Program-made: the position numbers and the translations under genes
Shown here: piece after piece, positions 1 through 18,309 of the stretch
How the letters are laid out: each line of letters starts with the position of its first letter
Position numbering within the stretch: position 1 is the stretch's first letter
The notes under the pieces: model-generated
The model's database searches: none
The model's input: only the letters and a program-made list of their open reading frames with translations
What the model was told of the DNA's origin: nothing
Source of the DNA: the human T2T-CHM13v2.0 reference genome, Homo sapiens
Length of the DNA: 64,000 nt
Assembly (NCBI RefSeq): GCF_009914755.1
Contig: NC_060934.1
Reading direction: 5' to 3' (one strand)

Positions 1-157
1 TGTATATATATATACACACAGTATATATATAAATTTATGTATACACACAGTATATATAAATACACACACTACATTTATATATATATATACACACTATATA
101 TATACACATGCACTACATATTTACACACACAAACGTACACACATACACACATACACA
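1..157. repeat. Compound (TA)n/(CA)n microsatellite
   Basis: Alternating TA/CA dinucleotide runs. Confidence 0.9.
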
Positions 158-550
158 CTGATTAGATGGAAAATATGATTGCAGATTGCATGCCAAAATT
201 GGAAATTGAATGAAATGTTCCACCTGGCAATAATGAGAAACTAAAGATCTATTTCTCACCATTCAGATCATTAATTAGAATTGAAACCCCAAAATATAAT
301 GTTGTATTTTAATAAGTTTGCACTAATTTTTTAAAAAGTATCCATTATTCATTAAACCATTACTAAAACATATTTTATACTAAATTGTCATATTAACCAT
401 TTAAAAATTTAAACTATATTTTATGTTAATTTAGAAACGCCTAAACCAAAATTGGAAGTCTACTCATAAATTCATATTACATCAATTTTGAGAGACTCCT
501 TTCAAAAATGCCCTAAACATTTCGTGTATTTCAAAATCGGACAGAAATCA

Positions 551-691
<141 letters not shown>

Positions 692-814
692 TTAAAGATT
701 ATAAGTAAGAACAGCGTAACAGCACAATTTTTATATGTATGTTTTTACTTATTGGATTGCCTGGTTCCAGAAGGGGAAGCAATGATCATTTCCTCACTGC
801 CTACCAGGTGGCAG

Positions 815-960
815 ACACTATGCTAGAAAATACTACGTTCTCACTTAATCTTTACAATAATCCAGCCAGATAAATGTTATTATTTTCACTTGCTAGATGA
901 GAATACTCAAAGAAGTAACTAACTCTATGATTAAAAAACAACTACCAGTAAAACAAGTGT
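815..960 (+). mobile_element. Degenerate MIR SINE
   Basis: MIR core-like 'ttttcacttgctagatgagaatactcaaagaagtaactaact'. Confidence 0.5.
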
Positions 961-2529
961 ATTATACTATATCTCTCCAATTAAAGACTCATTTCTATAA
1001 TTCCACTGAAGCCCACAGTAAATACACATGATTTTATAGCACCAATACACTTATTTAAGAAGTGTTAAATTCAGACACATAAAAAGCTAATTATCTTGCT
1101 CAAAAAAGAAATTAATTTTCCTAGTGAATTAGTTGTTTTTGAGATTATAGGGCAGAAATACTTTACTCTAGAGGATAAAATTGGAAATCTTTATAGTTTA
1201 ACACTCTTTGGTATACTATCTCTTAAAAACAAATTATAAGGCCAAGTTCATTTGGTATAGCAGAAATTGTTCAAATGATGAAAACTAAGAAAAAGCTTTA
1301 GTGTTGAGATGTGATGTCTGACATTATTTATCACTGCAATAGGATTTATAATTGATTATTTTCTTTAATAACCTACATTACATCAAAGTAATTCTATGTT
1401 TACTTTAAGACATGTTAAATACTTTCAGAACTATGTGCTTCTTTGGAATATAAATTGTTTTGGAAGCTGCAGGTTAACAATGTAAACTAATTCAACCTAG
1501 ATCACAGAAGACTGTAACCAAGGATCATCCTGAGAGCCACAATTGACCTTTGGGTTAATGCTAATTTACAAACTGATCAGCTGTTCCAAACAGCGGTAAA
1601 ATCATGAGAGACATAGTGCTCACTGATCCTTACGTGGTTAACTGATAAAGCTATTTCCCTACTGTAGAGTCAAAGACTTTATTCACAGTGACAAAAATTA
1701 TTCTAAGTAACTATTAAAAATGGAAATGTTCAAACACTTAATAAAATTGTCTACTTATGGTAATGCAAATTATTGTTTTAATACCTTGCCAGGTAGAGAC
1801 AGGCATTATTTTGTCAAATATATTTTTAAATATGTAAAAAACAAAAGAGGGAATATGTTCTGTTTCATTAGTATTTGAAGAAAAGTAAAATTTGACAAAA
1901 AATCAAATAGATACAGATATTTTCCTAGATATATGCAAAGATTAACATAACAACAATCAGTATTGAGTGGTATTAGGAAAATGGATACTCTCAGGAAAGA
2001 TGAAGAATGCATACAAGGGGTATTTTTTTCAAATTTTCTAGGATTGTAATATATCAATCTTATCTTAAAAAAGTGAGTAAGGGAAAAATGATATTCATAC
2101 AAGTAGTTGCATGATAGCATTTATTGTAACAAAAAATGGAAAGTCTAATTATAAAGCAACTCAGTATTATATTAAAAAGAAAAACAAAATGTTATATAGT
2201 AAAATACTATGAAACCACTAAAATAATAGTATTAATGTCACTTATTGGCATAGACAACATCATATTGAATTTAAAAACCAGTATGTATAAGACTATGTGA
2301 TTTGAAAACATATATTTATATATTTGTGTTTGTATGAAATGTCATCATGAGGATAGAGATCAAAACGCAAATTCTAGCTATTTCCAAGATGTGAGATACC
2401 AAGTGGTTTTCTTTTTACTATTTTTGTAAGTTTCTAAGAGAAAAAAAAATTGTAATTTAAAAAAATTAAAAAGGAGAAAAATTGAAAGAAAAAAATGTGC
2501 TGTCATCTGTTAAGCCAAATTCTCTATCA

Positions 2530-2715
<186 letters not shown>

Positions 2716-3037
2716 CTAAAATAAAATTATTAATTATTAATTTGCTGTTACCAAGTTAAAACACAGTGCAATGATAATATTAAATGGATCTTTAAAATTC
2801 ATGGTCTTTTAGAAGTGAAAATCATATTTCCATATTTTCATTCTTTCAGAGCTGAAATGTAGCCAGATCATTATTTCTTCATGATAACTCAATCTGAATC
2901 AATGAAGTATCTCTACTACAGGTTATTTTAAAATGATTTATATGAGAGAAAAATTAATGGTTGCTTTGGGCATCTTCTCTACCACTTTCCTTTAATTATG
3001 TGAATTACATCTTCCTCCCAAAACACCCAATATCTCC

Positions 3038-3205
3038 TTTTTTAAATTCAGAGACAGGGTCTTCCTTTGTTGCCCAGGCTGGAGTGCAGTGGCATCACCA
3101 TAGTTCCCCATAACCTCAAAACTTCTGGTTTCAAGTGTTCCTATCCCACTTTAGCCTCCCAAGTAGCTGGGAATACAGGTGTGTGCAACCATGCTTGGCT
3201 AATTT
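3038..3205 (-). mobile_element. Partial old Alu (single arm, AluJ/FRAM-like)
   Basis: 'gttgcccaggctggagtgcagtggc...gcctcccaagtagctggg...ggctaattt' after a T-run. Confidence 0.85.
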
Positions 3206-3344
3206 GAGAGGACTGTAGTAAAGTGCAGGAATGGACATGAAAGCTAAAAAAACAAAAATTATTTACCATCTACACTGTGTTGATTACCATGCTAGGTATT
3301 TCTATACATCATTAGGTTAATGCTCAATCTTTTAAGATGACATT

Positions 3345-3540
3345 AATAATGAAGATGATAGTAATAATGGTAAGTTAATGACGCTAACAATTGCTAGATG
3401 CTTACCACTTGCCGGAACCACATTAAAGATGATGTATGTGTACTCTGTTACCCATTTTAGAGCTAAGGAACTTGTGGCTTACAATAAGTTAAAGAGTGCT
3501 GAAATATTCCAGAGATAGGCCAAGATAAGTTGGGACACCA
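3345..3540 (+). mobile_element. Degenerate MIR SINE
   Basis: 'cccattttagagctaaggaact...aagttaaag' MIR core. Confidence 0.5.
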
Positions 3541-4129
3541 AACAAAGTCACTTTTAAAGAAAACAATTAAAATTTGATAAGTTTTTAAAAGAATCAAAGT
3601 GATTGTAAAGGAACAGTCAAAATTTTGCTGGCTGTCCTCACTTATATTAGGTTTCAGATTGGTTTCCTTTGGAACTATGTAGGGTGACATTGAGGTGAGC
3701 ACTGTAACATTTACAGTGCTTAGGCCTTGTAAATTTCTTAAAACCTAGAAGTCAAATAAATATCTTGAGCAGAGAACTAGTATGTGGTAAAGTTTTACTT
3801 CAAACCTAAACACTAAATTACAACATTAACTTCTTCAGAGAAAGAAACACTCCTATTTGGCATTATTCTGATGAAGAAGAAGTAAGAACATTACCCCCCA
3901 CAGGGTGTTGATTTGGCTGGACTTGACACTTTGGTGTAAAAACTGTTCTGAGAACATTGCTTTTTATATTTCCATTTTCTTCAAGACTGTCCTTGAAAAT
4001 AATCTGTTGCTCATGTTGGTTCCTGAATTACAGTTGGGCTATGAGATAAATATGAGTTTTCAGGATTTGTATAATTCCCTATTTTCTGTTAGTTCAGTCC
4101 TTTCATATACTACACGTCACCACTGATGA

Positions 4130-5180
4130 CTGTCTCCTTGAATACATTCTTTATTTAACCTTTTTCCACTATTCTGCCTTTTCTCCTTCCCATCTGGTGC
4201 TCTGTCTCAGACTCTGCTTGTTCCCACTCTTTCTGGCTACTAAATGTTGGAGTTTTCCAAGGCTCTGTTTCAAGAACTTCTACATTTTCTACTTCTACTC
4301 TCGGCCCCTGGAACCTCTCCCAGTCTGATAGCTTCAAATATCTTCTATTTGTTCATAAATATCAAATTTTAATATCTGGCTAAACTCTGAACATTTTAAG
4401 TCCAAACTAGTACACATAATTGTCCACAGATATGCTATTTTCAAATAAATGTATTCAAAACCAGAATGATTTCATCTCCCAAATTTATAACTCTTCTACT
4501 ATAGATAATGGCTCTACCTTTTACTAAGGTGTTCTATCTGAAAGCCTAGGGGTAATCATTGATCCTTTCTCTTAAGCCCCATAGCCAAATCATCATCACA
4601 TCCTGCCAATACCTCAATGAGTATAGGCCCTAATGTCTTCTCATATCCTCTGTGTTTTCTGTAGTAGACTCTTAATTGACTTTCTGCTTCCATTGTATTA
4701 AAATTATCTCATGACTCCTGCTTAAACCCTTCCAATGATTTTGCATCACACACAAAAAAAATAAATACAAAGTTGTTAGTAAGGGCAATCTGATCCTAAA
4801 AACATTTCTTTTTTGCCTACTCATCTGATTTCATCTTGTTCATTTCCCTTTCACACATTTTCCTTGTTCCTGCCTCCTTGGCTTTGCCAAGGCAATAGTC
4901 CTTTACCAGGAAAATAAGGTGGCAATATAATACACTCATCTCTCAGATTTTTGGCTAATAAATTTACCTTCCTCTTCTCCAGGCGTTCTCTAATACTCCC
5001 TTTAAATTATCTTTCTTCAGCAACCCTGTCTGAAATTATAGCATATATTTTATGTATTTACTTGTTTACTGTTTGTCTCCCACATAAGAATACAAGCTTT
5101 ATTAGGGTAGGGACTGTAGCTGAGTACCTTGAATGTTACCTGACCCATAATATGTACTCAAGGAGTATTTGAATAAATAA
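4130..5180 (+). mobile_element. Degenerate L2 LINE 3' portion
   Basis: L2-type pyrimidine-rich body and 3' end 'cataatatgtactcaaggagtatttgaataaata'. Confidence 0.7.
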
Positions 5181-5337
5181 TTTTTTATTTATAAAAAAAT
5201 TTATTTATAAATTTTATTTATTCATAAAATTTTTATAAATTTTATTTATTCATAAAATTTTTATAAATTTATTTAAAAATTATTTATAAAAATTTTATTT
5301 ATAAATTTTATTTATAAAAAATTTATTTGCATAAATA
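5172..5337. repeat. Almost pure AT low-complexity tract with repeated TTTATAAA palindromes
   Basis: Direct reading; duplicated unit 'tttattcataaaatttttataaattt'. Confidence 0.85.
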
Positions 5338-5846
5338 AGTGAATGGATAACCACACATCAAGGGTGCCCAGACACTTCAACTGATATCTAAAGTATTCAT
5401 ATATTTGAAGGTTTGGGAAATAGAGAACATTGAATAAACCTTGAAAGCATGTTAGGGAACTGCCAGTTCTGGGATAATATTTTTATATAAACCACTGATT
5501 TCACCTAGTGGTGGATGGTCAGTTCACCCACTGAAGATTTATAGAAACAAGGACACATTTTTTTAGAAAAACTTTGGCCTATATGGACAGAATCAGACTT
5601 ATTATAATCATATACAATGGCAAACCTTGTATATGATTTGCTTGTGAAAGAGTGGGGGTTTAGCAGAAGACATCGTAGGACTTGGGGCACAGTGTCATGC
5701 AATGTCAGCAACTTTGCTTGCATTTGAATAATAATGATAATAACAAGAGTTGTTAGCTATCAGTTTGAGTATTTTACTATGTATCAGACTGCATGTATTA
5801 CATGCATTTTCATACCTACAATAAGTTCAGAAGTTGGTATTAATAG

Positions 5847-6151
<305 letters not shown>

Positions 6152-6750
6152 CTACTACCTATATTTTTAAAATAATAAAATCTAGGCTTTAAGAATTATC
6201 TTCTGAAATTTTCTTAGCTGGAAAATGCCAAAGTTATTAATTGAACAAACTTGGCTCACACTAAAACCGAAGTCTTTTAATAACAAATCAACTTAACATT
6301 TTTCAGTACTATCTTAAAGGCAATAGTCCTTTACCAGGAAAATAAGGTGGCAATACAATTGAGCAAAAGTGCTTGGCAAAGATACTATAGAATTTGATAC
6401 CCTAGTAAATCTCGCCTTAGAACACTTTCTAAGAGGTTATGCAGCACATAATTCAAGTCACCTCCAGAACAGGAGGTCAATGATGAAAGAGGATAATTAT
6501 AGCACCAACTGCTTCAAGAACAAATTTTTAGAGTTTTTGCTAGCATGAGGACCCATTCAGTCTGTAGGACGGTGACTAAAATTACTTATGACAATCAGAT
6601 TGGCTCTCAAAAACATAAAATAAGTTAATTATACTTAGAATCTTCTTTTTAATAAAGCCAAAATTTTTTTTTGCATATGGAATTATGCCTGTAATTGATA
6701 AAATGAAAAAGAAAACATGCTGGTATTATGGAATGTTATCTCTCAGATGC

Positions 6751-6923
6751 CTAAAATAGTTTGCTATCCAGAACATCTTAGAACTTCCTGGATGATTTTT
6801 ACAGATAAGATTGTATGTATATAAATATGAACATATGACTAAAATAGTTTGCTATCCAGAAAATCTTAGAACTTCCTAGATGATTTTTACAGATAAGATT
6901 GTATGTATACAAATATGAACATA
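6751..6923. repeat. 88-bp tandem duplication (2 copies, about 3 mismatches)
   Basis: Units start 'ctaaaatagtttgctatccag' at 6751 and 6839. Confidence 0.95.
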
Positions 6924-7159
6924 CATGTTACATAGTGACTACATCAATAAACTTTTTATTCTAAGATTGCAATTATTCTATAGATATACCACACCATCAT
7001 GAAAGTGTGGCCCTGAGAGGACTCATTTAGCCTGCAAGAAACATTTTGATTCTTTTATCACCCTTGTTATCAAAGCACATTTTATTTTATATCACATATT
7101 ATGATAACTATACTAAATAACTAAAATGATGTAGACTTTCCTCTCAAAACATTTAAAAG

Positions 7160-7258
7160 TTTTTTTCTCTCTCTGTCCTTTCCTAAAATCTTCCTTCCCT
7201 TCTTCCCTTCTTTTTGCTTTCCCTTCCTCCCTCCTTTCCTTTCTTTACTTCTTTCCAA
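7160..7258. repeat. Polypyrimidine (CT-rich) low-complexity tract
   Basis: Direct reading. Confidence 0.8.
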
Positions 7259-7710
7259 AGTCTTTTTAAAATAGTTGCATAAATAAGCTATATAATAGGT
7301 AAAGGTAATAGGCTTTGGGAAACAGCTCTAATTCCTAATATTATTTCTGGGAAATTTACAAAATGAATCAAGTCAAATTCATTGTTTTAAGAAATTATAA
7401 AAATAGCTGTGGCTTTAATCTTGGAAAAAATTGTCATTTTGAAACCCAGAATTTCAAGTACTCTAAAAAAGTTATAAACTTGATCACTTAAAATTATGAA
7501 TTAGCATTTATTAAGTATCTTTTAATACTTTATTCCACTAAAATATAATAGATATGATCGAAGTATTCTAATGTATAAAACTCACCCTTATTAGTTATGT
7601 TTTAAAAACTAAAATAATATAGTAAATGAGTTTATGAATTATATATTTTAATTATTATATATGTGACAATTAAATATTTAAATAATCATTCATATATATA
7701 TGTATATATA

Positions 7711-8365
7711 TTTTAAAGACAGGATCTTGTGTTGTCACCCAGGCTGATGTGCAGTGGCATGATTATAGCTCACTGCAGCTCACACAATCTTTCTGCCTCA
7801 GCCTCCCAAGAGGCTTGATATGGTTTGGCTTTGTCTCCACCCAAATTTCATCTTGAATTGCAGTTCTCATAATCCCCACATGCTGTTGGAGGGACCTGGT
7901 GGGAGGTAACTTAAACATGGGGGCAGTTACCCTCATGCTGTTCTTGGGACAATGAGTGGCTTCTCACGAAATCTGATGGTTTTATAAAGGGCTTTTCCCC
8001 CTTTTGCTTGGCACTCCTCCTTGCTGCTGCCATGTGAAGAAGGATGTGTTTGCTTCCGCTTCCACCATGACTGTAAGTTTCCTGAAGTCTCCCCATCCCT
8101 CTGGAACTGTGAGTCAACTAAAACTCTTTCCTTTATTAACTACCCAGTCTTGGACAGTTCTTTATAGCCATGTGAGAATGGATTAATACATAGCTGGAAC
8201 TACAGGTGCATGCCATCATGCTGAACTAATTATTTTTAATTATTTGTAGAGATAAGGATTTCTTTATGTTGCCCAGGTTGGTCCAGAACTCCTGGCCTCA
8301 AGTGTTCCTTTCAGTTTGGCCTCCCAAAGTATTAGGATTACAGGTGTAAACCACTGCACCTGGCC
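7711..8365 (-). mobile_element. AluJ interrupted by a THE1 LTR
   Basis: Alu sequence breaks at 'cctcccaagaggct' (7815) and resumes 'tagctggaactacagg' (8191). Confidence 0.9.
7816..8190 (+). mobile_element. THE1 (MaLR) solo LTR
   Basis: TG...CA ends 'tgatatggtttggct...gattaataca', 375 bp, degenerate 5-bp TSD aggct/tagct. Confidence 0.92.
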
Positions 8366-8685
8366 TAGACAAACATTAAATTTCCAAATATTTGCTTTTA
8401 TTTTAAATTGTATTAGGAATAGACAGAAGTCTCTTTTATATATACCCAATAAGTTAATGTTTCTTTCAATTAAATACTTCAAATAATCATATTTTTTAAA
8501 GTAAACTATAGAAAACATTTAAAATCAATATGAAAATTTTAAATATTAATTTCTACTTCATTCATGATAATATAGTATGTATATTCTACCGTATCTCTCT
8601 ATGCATAGCTGTATATATGTCAAGAGGAATTTTTTGGACCATGAATAATGATAAAAGCTATCTATTTACAAGTAAATCAATATTT

Positions 8686-14255
<5,570 letters not shown>

Positions 14256-14789
14256 AAATCAATATTTAAAATTGCGTTACTACGGCGATATATTTCTTTT
14301 CTATATCATTTTGAAATTGTGATAAAATTGCTTTAATATGAACACTAAAAGCAGTATACAGAATTACTTTCTTAAAGTTCTTACTGACCAGTAAATTACT
14401 TTTTTGGTTCCGTACTCTCATCAACCAAATATAGTGTTCTCTATTTAGGTTTAGAAAAATCTTGAGGTCATTAGTTATTTCCCTGTATTCACACAGTATT
14501 ACCACTAGACCACAGCATTTAAATAGATTTTTAAAAGATTTTTAGAAAAAAAAATCATAGCCATTGCTCCTTCACTGCTGAAGACAGAATGAGATTTGGT
14601 TTCAACAAATACTTAGATATGAGGAAGAGCCTTTCTAATTGGTAAAGTAACATAGTCTCCTTCAGAAGGATACATGTATTTTAGAAATAAAATATTCAAA
14701 ATAGGAGCATGCTATTACAGGAAGGTTACTAAATCAAAGTGAGCTGAAAACGTTGCCAACATAGAATAATAACTGAATTTAATGACAAT

Positions 14790-15108
14790 TTTATATTTGT
14801 TTATTTGTTTATTTTACCTTATTTTTCTTGAGACAGAGTTTCACTCTGTCGTCCGGGCTGGAAGGCAGTGGCGTGATCTTGGCTCACTGCAACCTCCGCC
14901 TCCCAGGCTCAAATGATTCTCGTTCCTTAGCCTACCAAGTAGCTGCGATTACAGGGACGCTCCATGCCTGGATAATTTTTGCATTTTTAGAAGAGACAGG
15001 GTTTCACCATGTTGCCTAGGCTGCTCTCAAACTCCTGAGCTCAAGTGATCCACCCACCTTGGCTTCCCAGAGTGTTGGGATTACAGGCATCAACCACCAC
15101 ATCCAGCC
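14790..15108 (-). mobile_element. AluJb-like
   Basis: Two-arm Alu with 'ctcctgagctcaagtgatcc' and a degenerate tail. Confidence 0.9.
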
Positions 15109-15555
15109 AGAAATTAAACACAATTTAAAACAAATCTCTAGGGGCTTTTTGTTTTCCATTAGATAAAATATACTTAACTTTAAAGATTAGTATCATACAA
15201 CTAAGTAATAATATACTTATTTATATAAGATATATTTGTAAGAGAAATTTAAAAATTGTCTAAAATATTAGAAATTAAAAATTTTATAAACTACTAACCT
15301 GTCATCATGCTCATATGTTTTATTTCTATTTATTTGTGAAATACAGCATTTTTTCAGTCCTTGTTTATATGAAAACTGTCTAAAGGTTTGATAGTTAATC
15401 ACTCTATCTTTCCTGGAACACTCTTTATATGGGTTATAGAATATCATATTCCACACTACTGGCTGCCTTAGTGATCACTCTTCATTCTTCTATTTAGCTG
15501 ATTCGTTTACCTATTCACAACTTTCAAGTGATGGCGACCACAGGCGCCTCTGCCC

Positions 15556-17030
15556 TTTTTCTTATTTTTTTTTTAAATTTCAACTTTTATTTTAGGTTTT
15601 GGGGTACATGTGCAAGTCTGTTACACGATGTTTCATAATGCTGAGGTTTGGGGTACAATTGATCCAGTCATCGAGGTAGTGAGCATAGTACTCAATATGT
15701 AGTTTTTCAGCTCTTGCTCCCCTCCTTCCCCCACCTCCTCTAATAGTCTCCAGTATCTATTGTTCCCATCTTTTTGTCCAGGTGTACCCAATGTTTAGCT
15801 CCCACTTATAAGTGAAAACATGCAGTATTTGGTTTTCTGTTCCTGCATTAATTCACTTGGTATAATTGTTTCCAGCTGCATCAATATTGCTGCAAAGGGC
15901 GTGCTTTCATTCTTTTTTATGTTTGCATAGTATTCCATGGTGCATATGTACCACATTTTCTTTATCCAATACACCACTGATGGACACTCAGATTGATTCC
16001 ATGTCTTAGCTATTGTGAAAAGTGCAGTGATGAACATATAAGTGCATGTGACTTTTTGGTAGAGCAATTTATTTTTCTTTGGTTATATACCCAGTAATGG
16101 AATTGCTAGGTCAAATGATGATTCCATTTTAGGTTAATTGAGAAATCTCCAAACTGCTTTCCACAGTGGCTGAATTAATTTACATTCCCACCAACAATGA
16201 ATAAGTGTTTTTTTTCCCCCCATAACCTCACCAGCATCTGTTTTTTGACTTTTTAATAATCAATACTCTGACTGGTGTGCGGTGGTATTTTACTGTGGTT
16301 TTGATTTGTGTTTCTCTGATTATTAGTGATGAACATTTTTTCTTATGTTTGTTAGTTGCTTGTATGTTTTCTTTTGAGAAGTGTCTGTTCACGTCCTCTG
16401 ATTTTTAATAGGGTGTTTGTTTTTTGCTTGTCGAATTAGGTTCTTTATAGATGCTGGATATTAGACTTTTGTCAGATGCATAGTTCATAAACACTTTCTC
16501 TTATTCTATAGGTTGTCTGTTTACTTTGTTGATAGTCTCTTCGCTGGGGCAAAGCTCTTTAGTTTAATTAGTTCCCACTCATCAATTTTTGTTTTTGTTG
16601 TAATTGCTTTTGGTGACTGAGTCAAAACTTACGTGCCAAGAGCAATGTCTAGAATGATATTTCTTAGATTTCCTTCTAGGATTTTTATAGTTTTATGTCT
16701 TAAATATAAGTAATTTATTCATATCAAAAAAATTTTTGTATGTGGTTGAAGGAAAGGCCTAGTTTCATTCTTCTGCATATGGCTAGCGAGTATACTAGCA
16801 CCATTCACTGAATAGGCAATTTTTCTCTATAGTTTGTTTTTGTAAGTTTTGTCACATGTCAGATGGTTGCAGGTGTGTGACTTTATTTCTGAGAACTCTA
16901 TTCTGTTCCACTGGTCTATGTGTTTGTTTTTGTACCAGTACCGTGTTGTTTTGATTACTGCAGTCTTGTATTAATAATATAGTTTGATGTAGGGTAGTGT
17001 GATGCTTCCACCTTTATTCTTTTTGCTTTG
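15556..17030 (-). mobile_element. 5'-truncated old L1 (L1PA15/16 or L1PB-like), sense to the gene
   Basis: ORF 15795..16067 matches the ORF2 C-terminus; poly-T at the left end. Confidence 0.9.
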
Positions 17031-17074
17031 CTCATATGAGTTATAGTACCATGCTTAACCCTAGGTAATGTGGG

Positions 17075-17545
17075 GTTCATTCATTCATTCATTCATTTAA
17101 CACGTTCACTAAATAGAAATTACTGAGTTGTGAGAGTATAAAAAATGAAAAAGCTCACAAGGAGATGGAGTTGATCTCACACCCCCTTCTCCTGAATGTT
17201 CTTTAGAAATAATTCATCCATATTGACCTTATCAAACACCAACCTCCTTCCTACCTCAAGCTTTTCCATTTGCTTTTGTCTTTGCCTGTAAGACTCTTGC
17301 ATCATTATCCTCTTTTAACATTCTGGTCTCAAATGACACAAACTCCTCTGCATATACTCATCCACAAACTACTCTATCACTATTATTTTTATAGCACATA
17401 TGCTTATGTGAAATTATGTTACATATTTACTTGTGTATGGTTTTGCAGCCTGTCTCTGTCCATCATCTGTAAGCTCCATTCGAGTAGATTTTTTTTGTGA
17501 TTTGCCATTATTTAAGAGGGCAATAATAATTTGTTAAATGAATAC
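17075..17545. mobile_element. L2 fragments
   Basis: (ATTC)n L2 tail and 'ataatttgttaaatgaat' L2 3' end. Confidence 0.5.
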
Positions 17546-17559
17546 TACAACTGATTTAA

Positions 17560-18269
17560 ACTGTCCCATAGAAGTGATATTTACGGTGTCTTTTAAATAA
17601 ACATAGAAATTAACCTTCTCAGTCTTAAAACTTGAGAGAGCTACATTTGTTTTATCTGAGTTATTTTCTAAGGACACCAACCATCGGGCCTCCCAGAGAG
17701 TATCAAGGAACTGAAACTTACTAGAGCACTGCATCTGGGCAACGAGATACAAGACCCTTCACTGTCATGACTGGCTAACTGAGTCCCTGTTTACTGTTAA
17801 CCAACTCATCTTCTTTATCTGTCCCTAATTCCTGTTTTCCTGCATGTAGTTACATTTCTTCTCTGCAATATAAACCCCTGATTTTAGTCAGTCTGGGAGA
17901 TGTATTTGACACTAACCTCCCATCTCCTGGGCTGCAGCACCTGATTAAAGCCAACCCTGGCAATGCTTTTTGTCTCAGTGATCGGCTTTCTGTGCAGTGA
18001 GCAACAGGACCTAGACCAAGGATGTCCGATCTTTTAGCTTCCTTGGGCCACATTGGAAGAAGAATTATCTTGTGCCACACATATAATACACTAACACTAA
18101 TGATAGCTGAAAGCTTTAAAAAAAATCACAAATAAACCTCATAATGTTTTAAGACAGTTTATGAATTTGTGTTGGGCTGCACTGAAAGCTCTCCTTGGCT
18201 GCATGTGGCCTATGGGCCATGAGTTCGACAAGCTTGATCCTAGACCAAACCCCTGACATTTCAGTAACA
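17560..18269 (+). mobile_element. Partial ERV1 LTR (MER39-like) interrupted by MER30
   Basis: MER39-type 3' end 'ggctttctgtgcagtgagcaacaggacctagac...caaacccctgacatttcagtaaca'. Confidence 0.7.
18017..18236 (+). mobile_element. MER30 hAT-Charlie DNA transposon
   Basis: Ends 'caaggatgtcc...gacaagcttg'; duplicated target 'cctagac' on both sides. Confidence 0.9.
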
Positions 18270-18309
18270 CTTACGTGTATGTGTATCATGAGCTGCCAAG
18301 ATGTATAAC

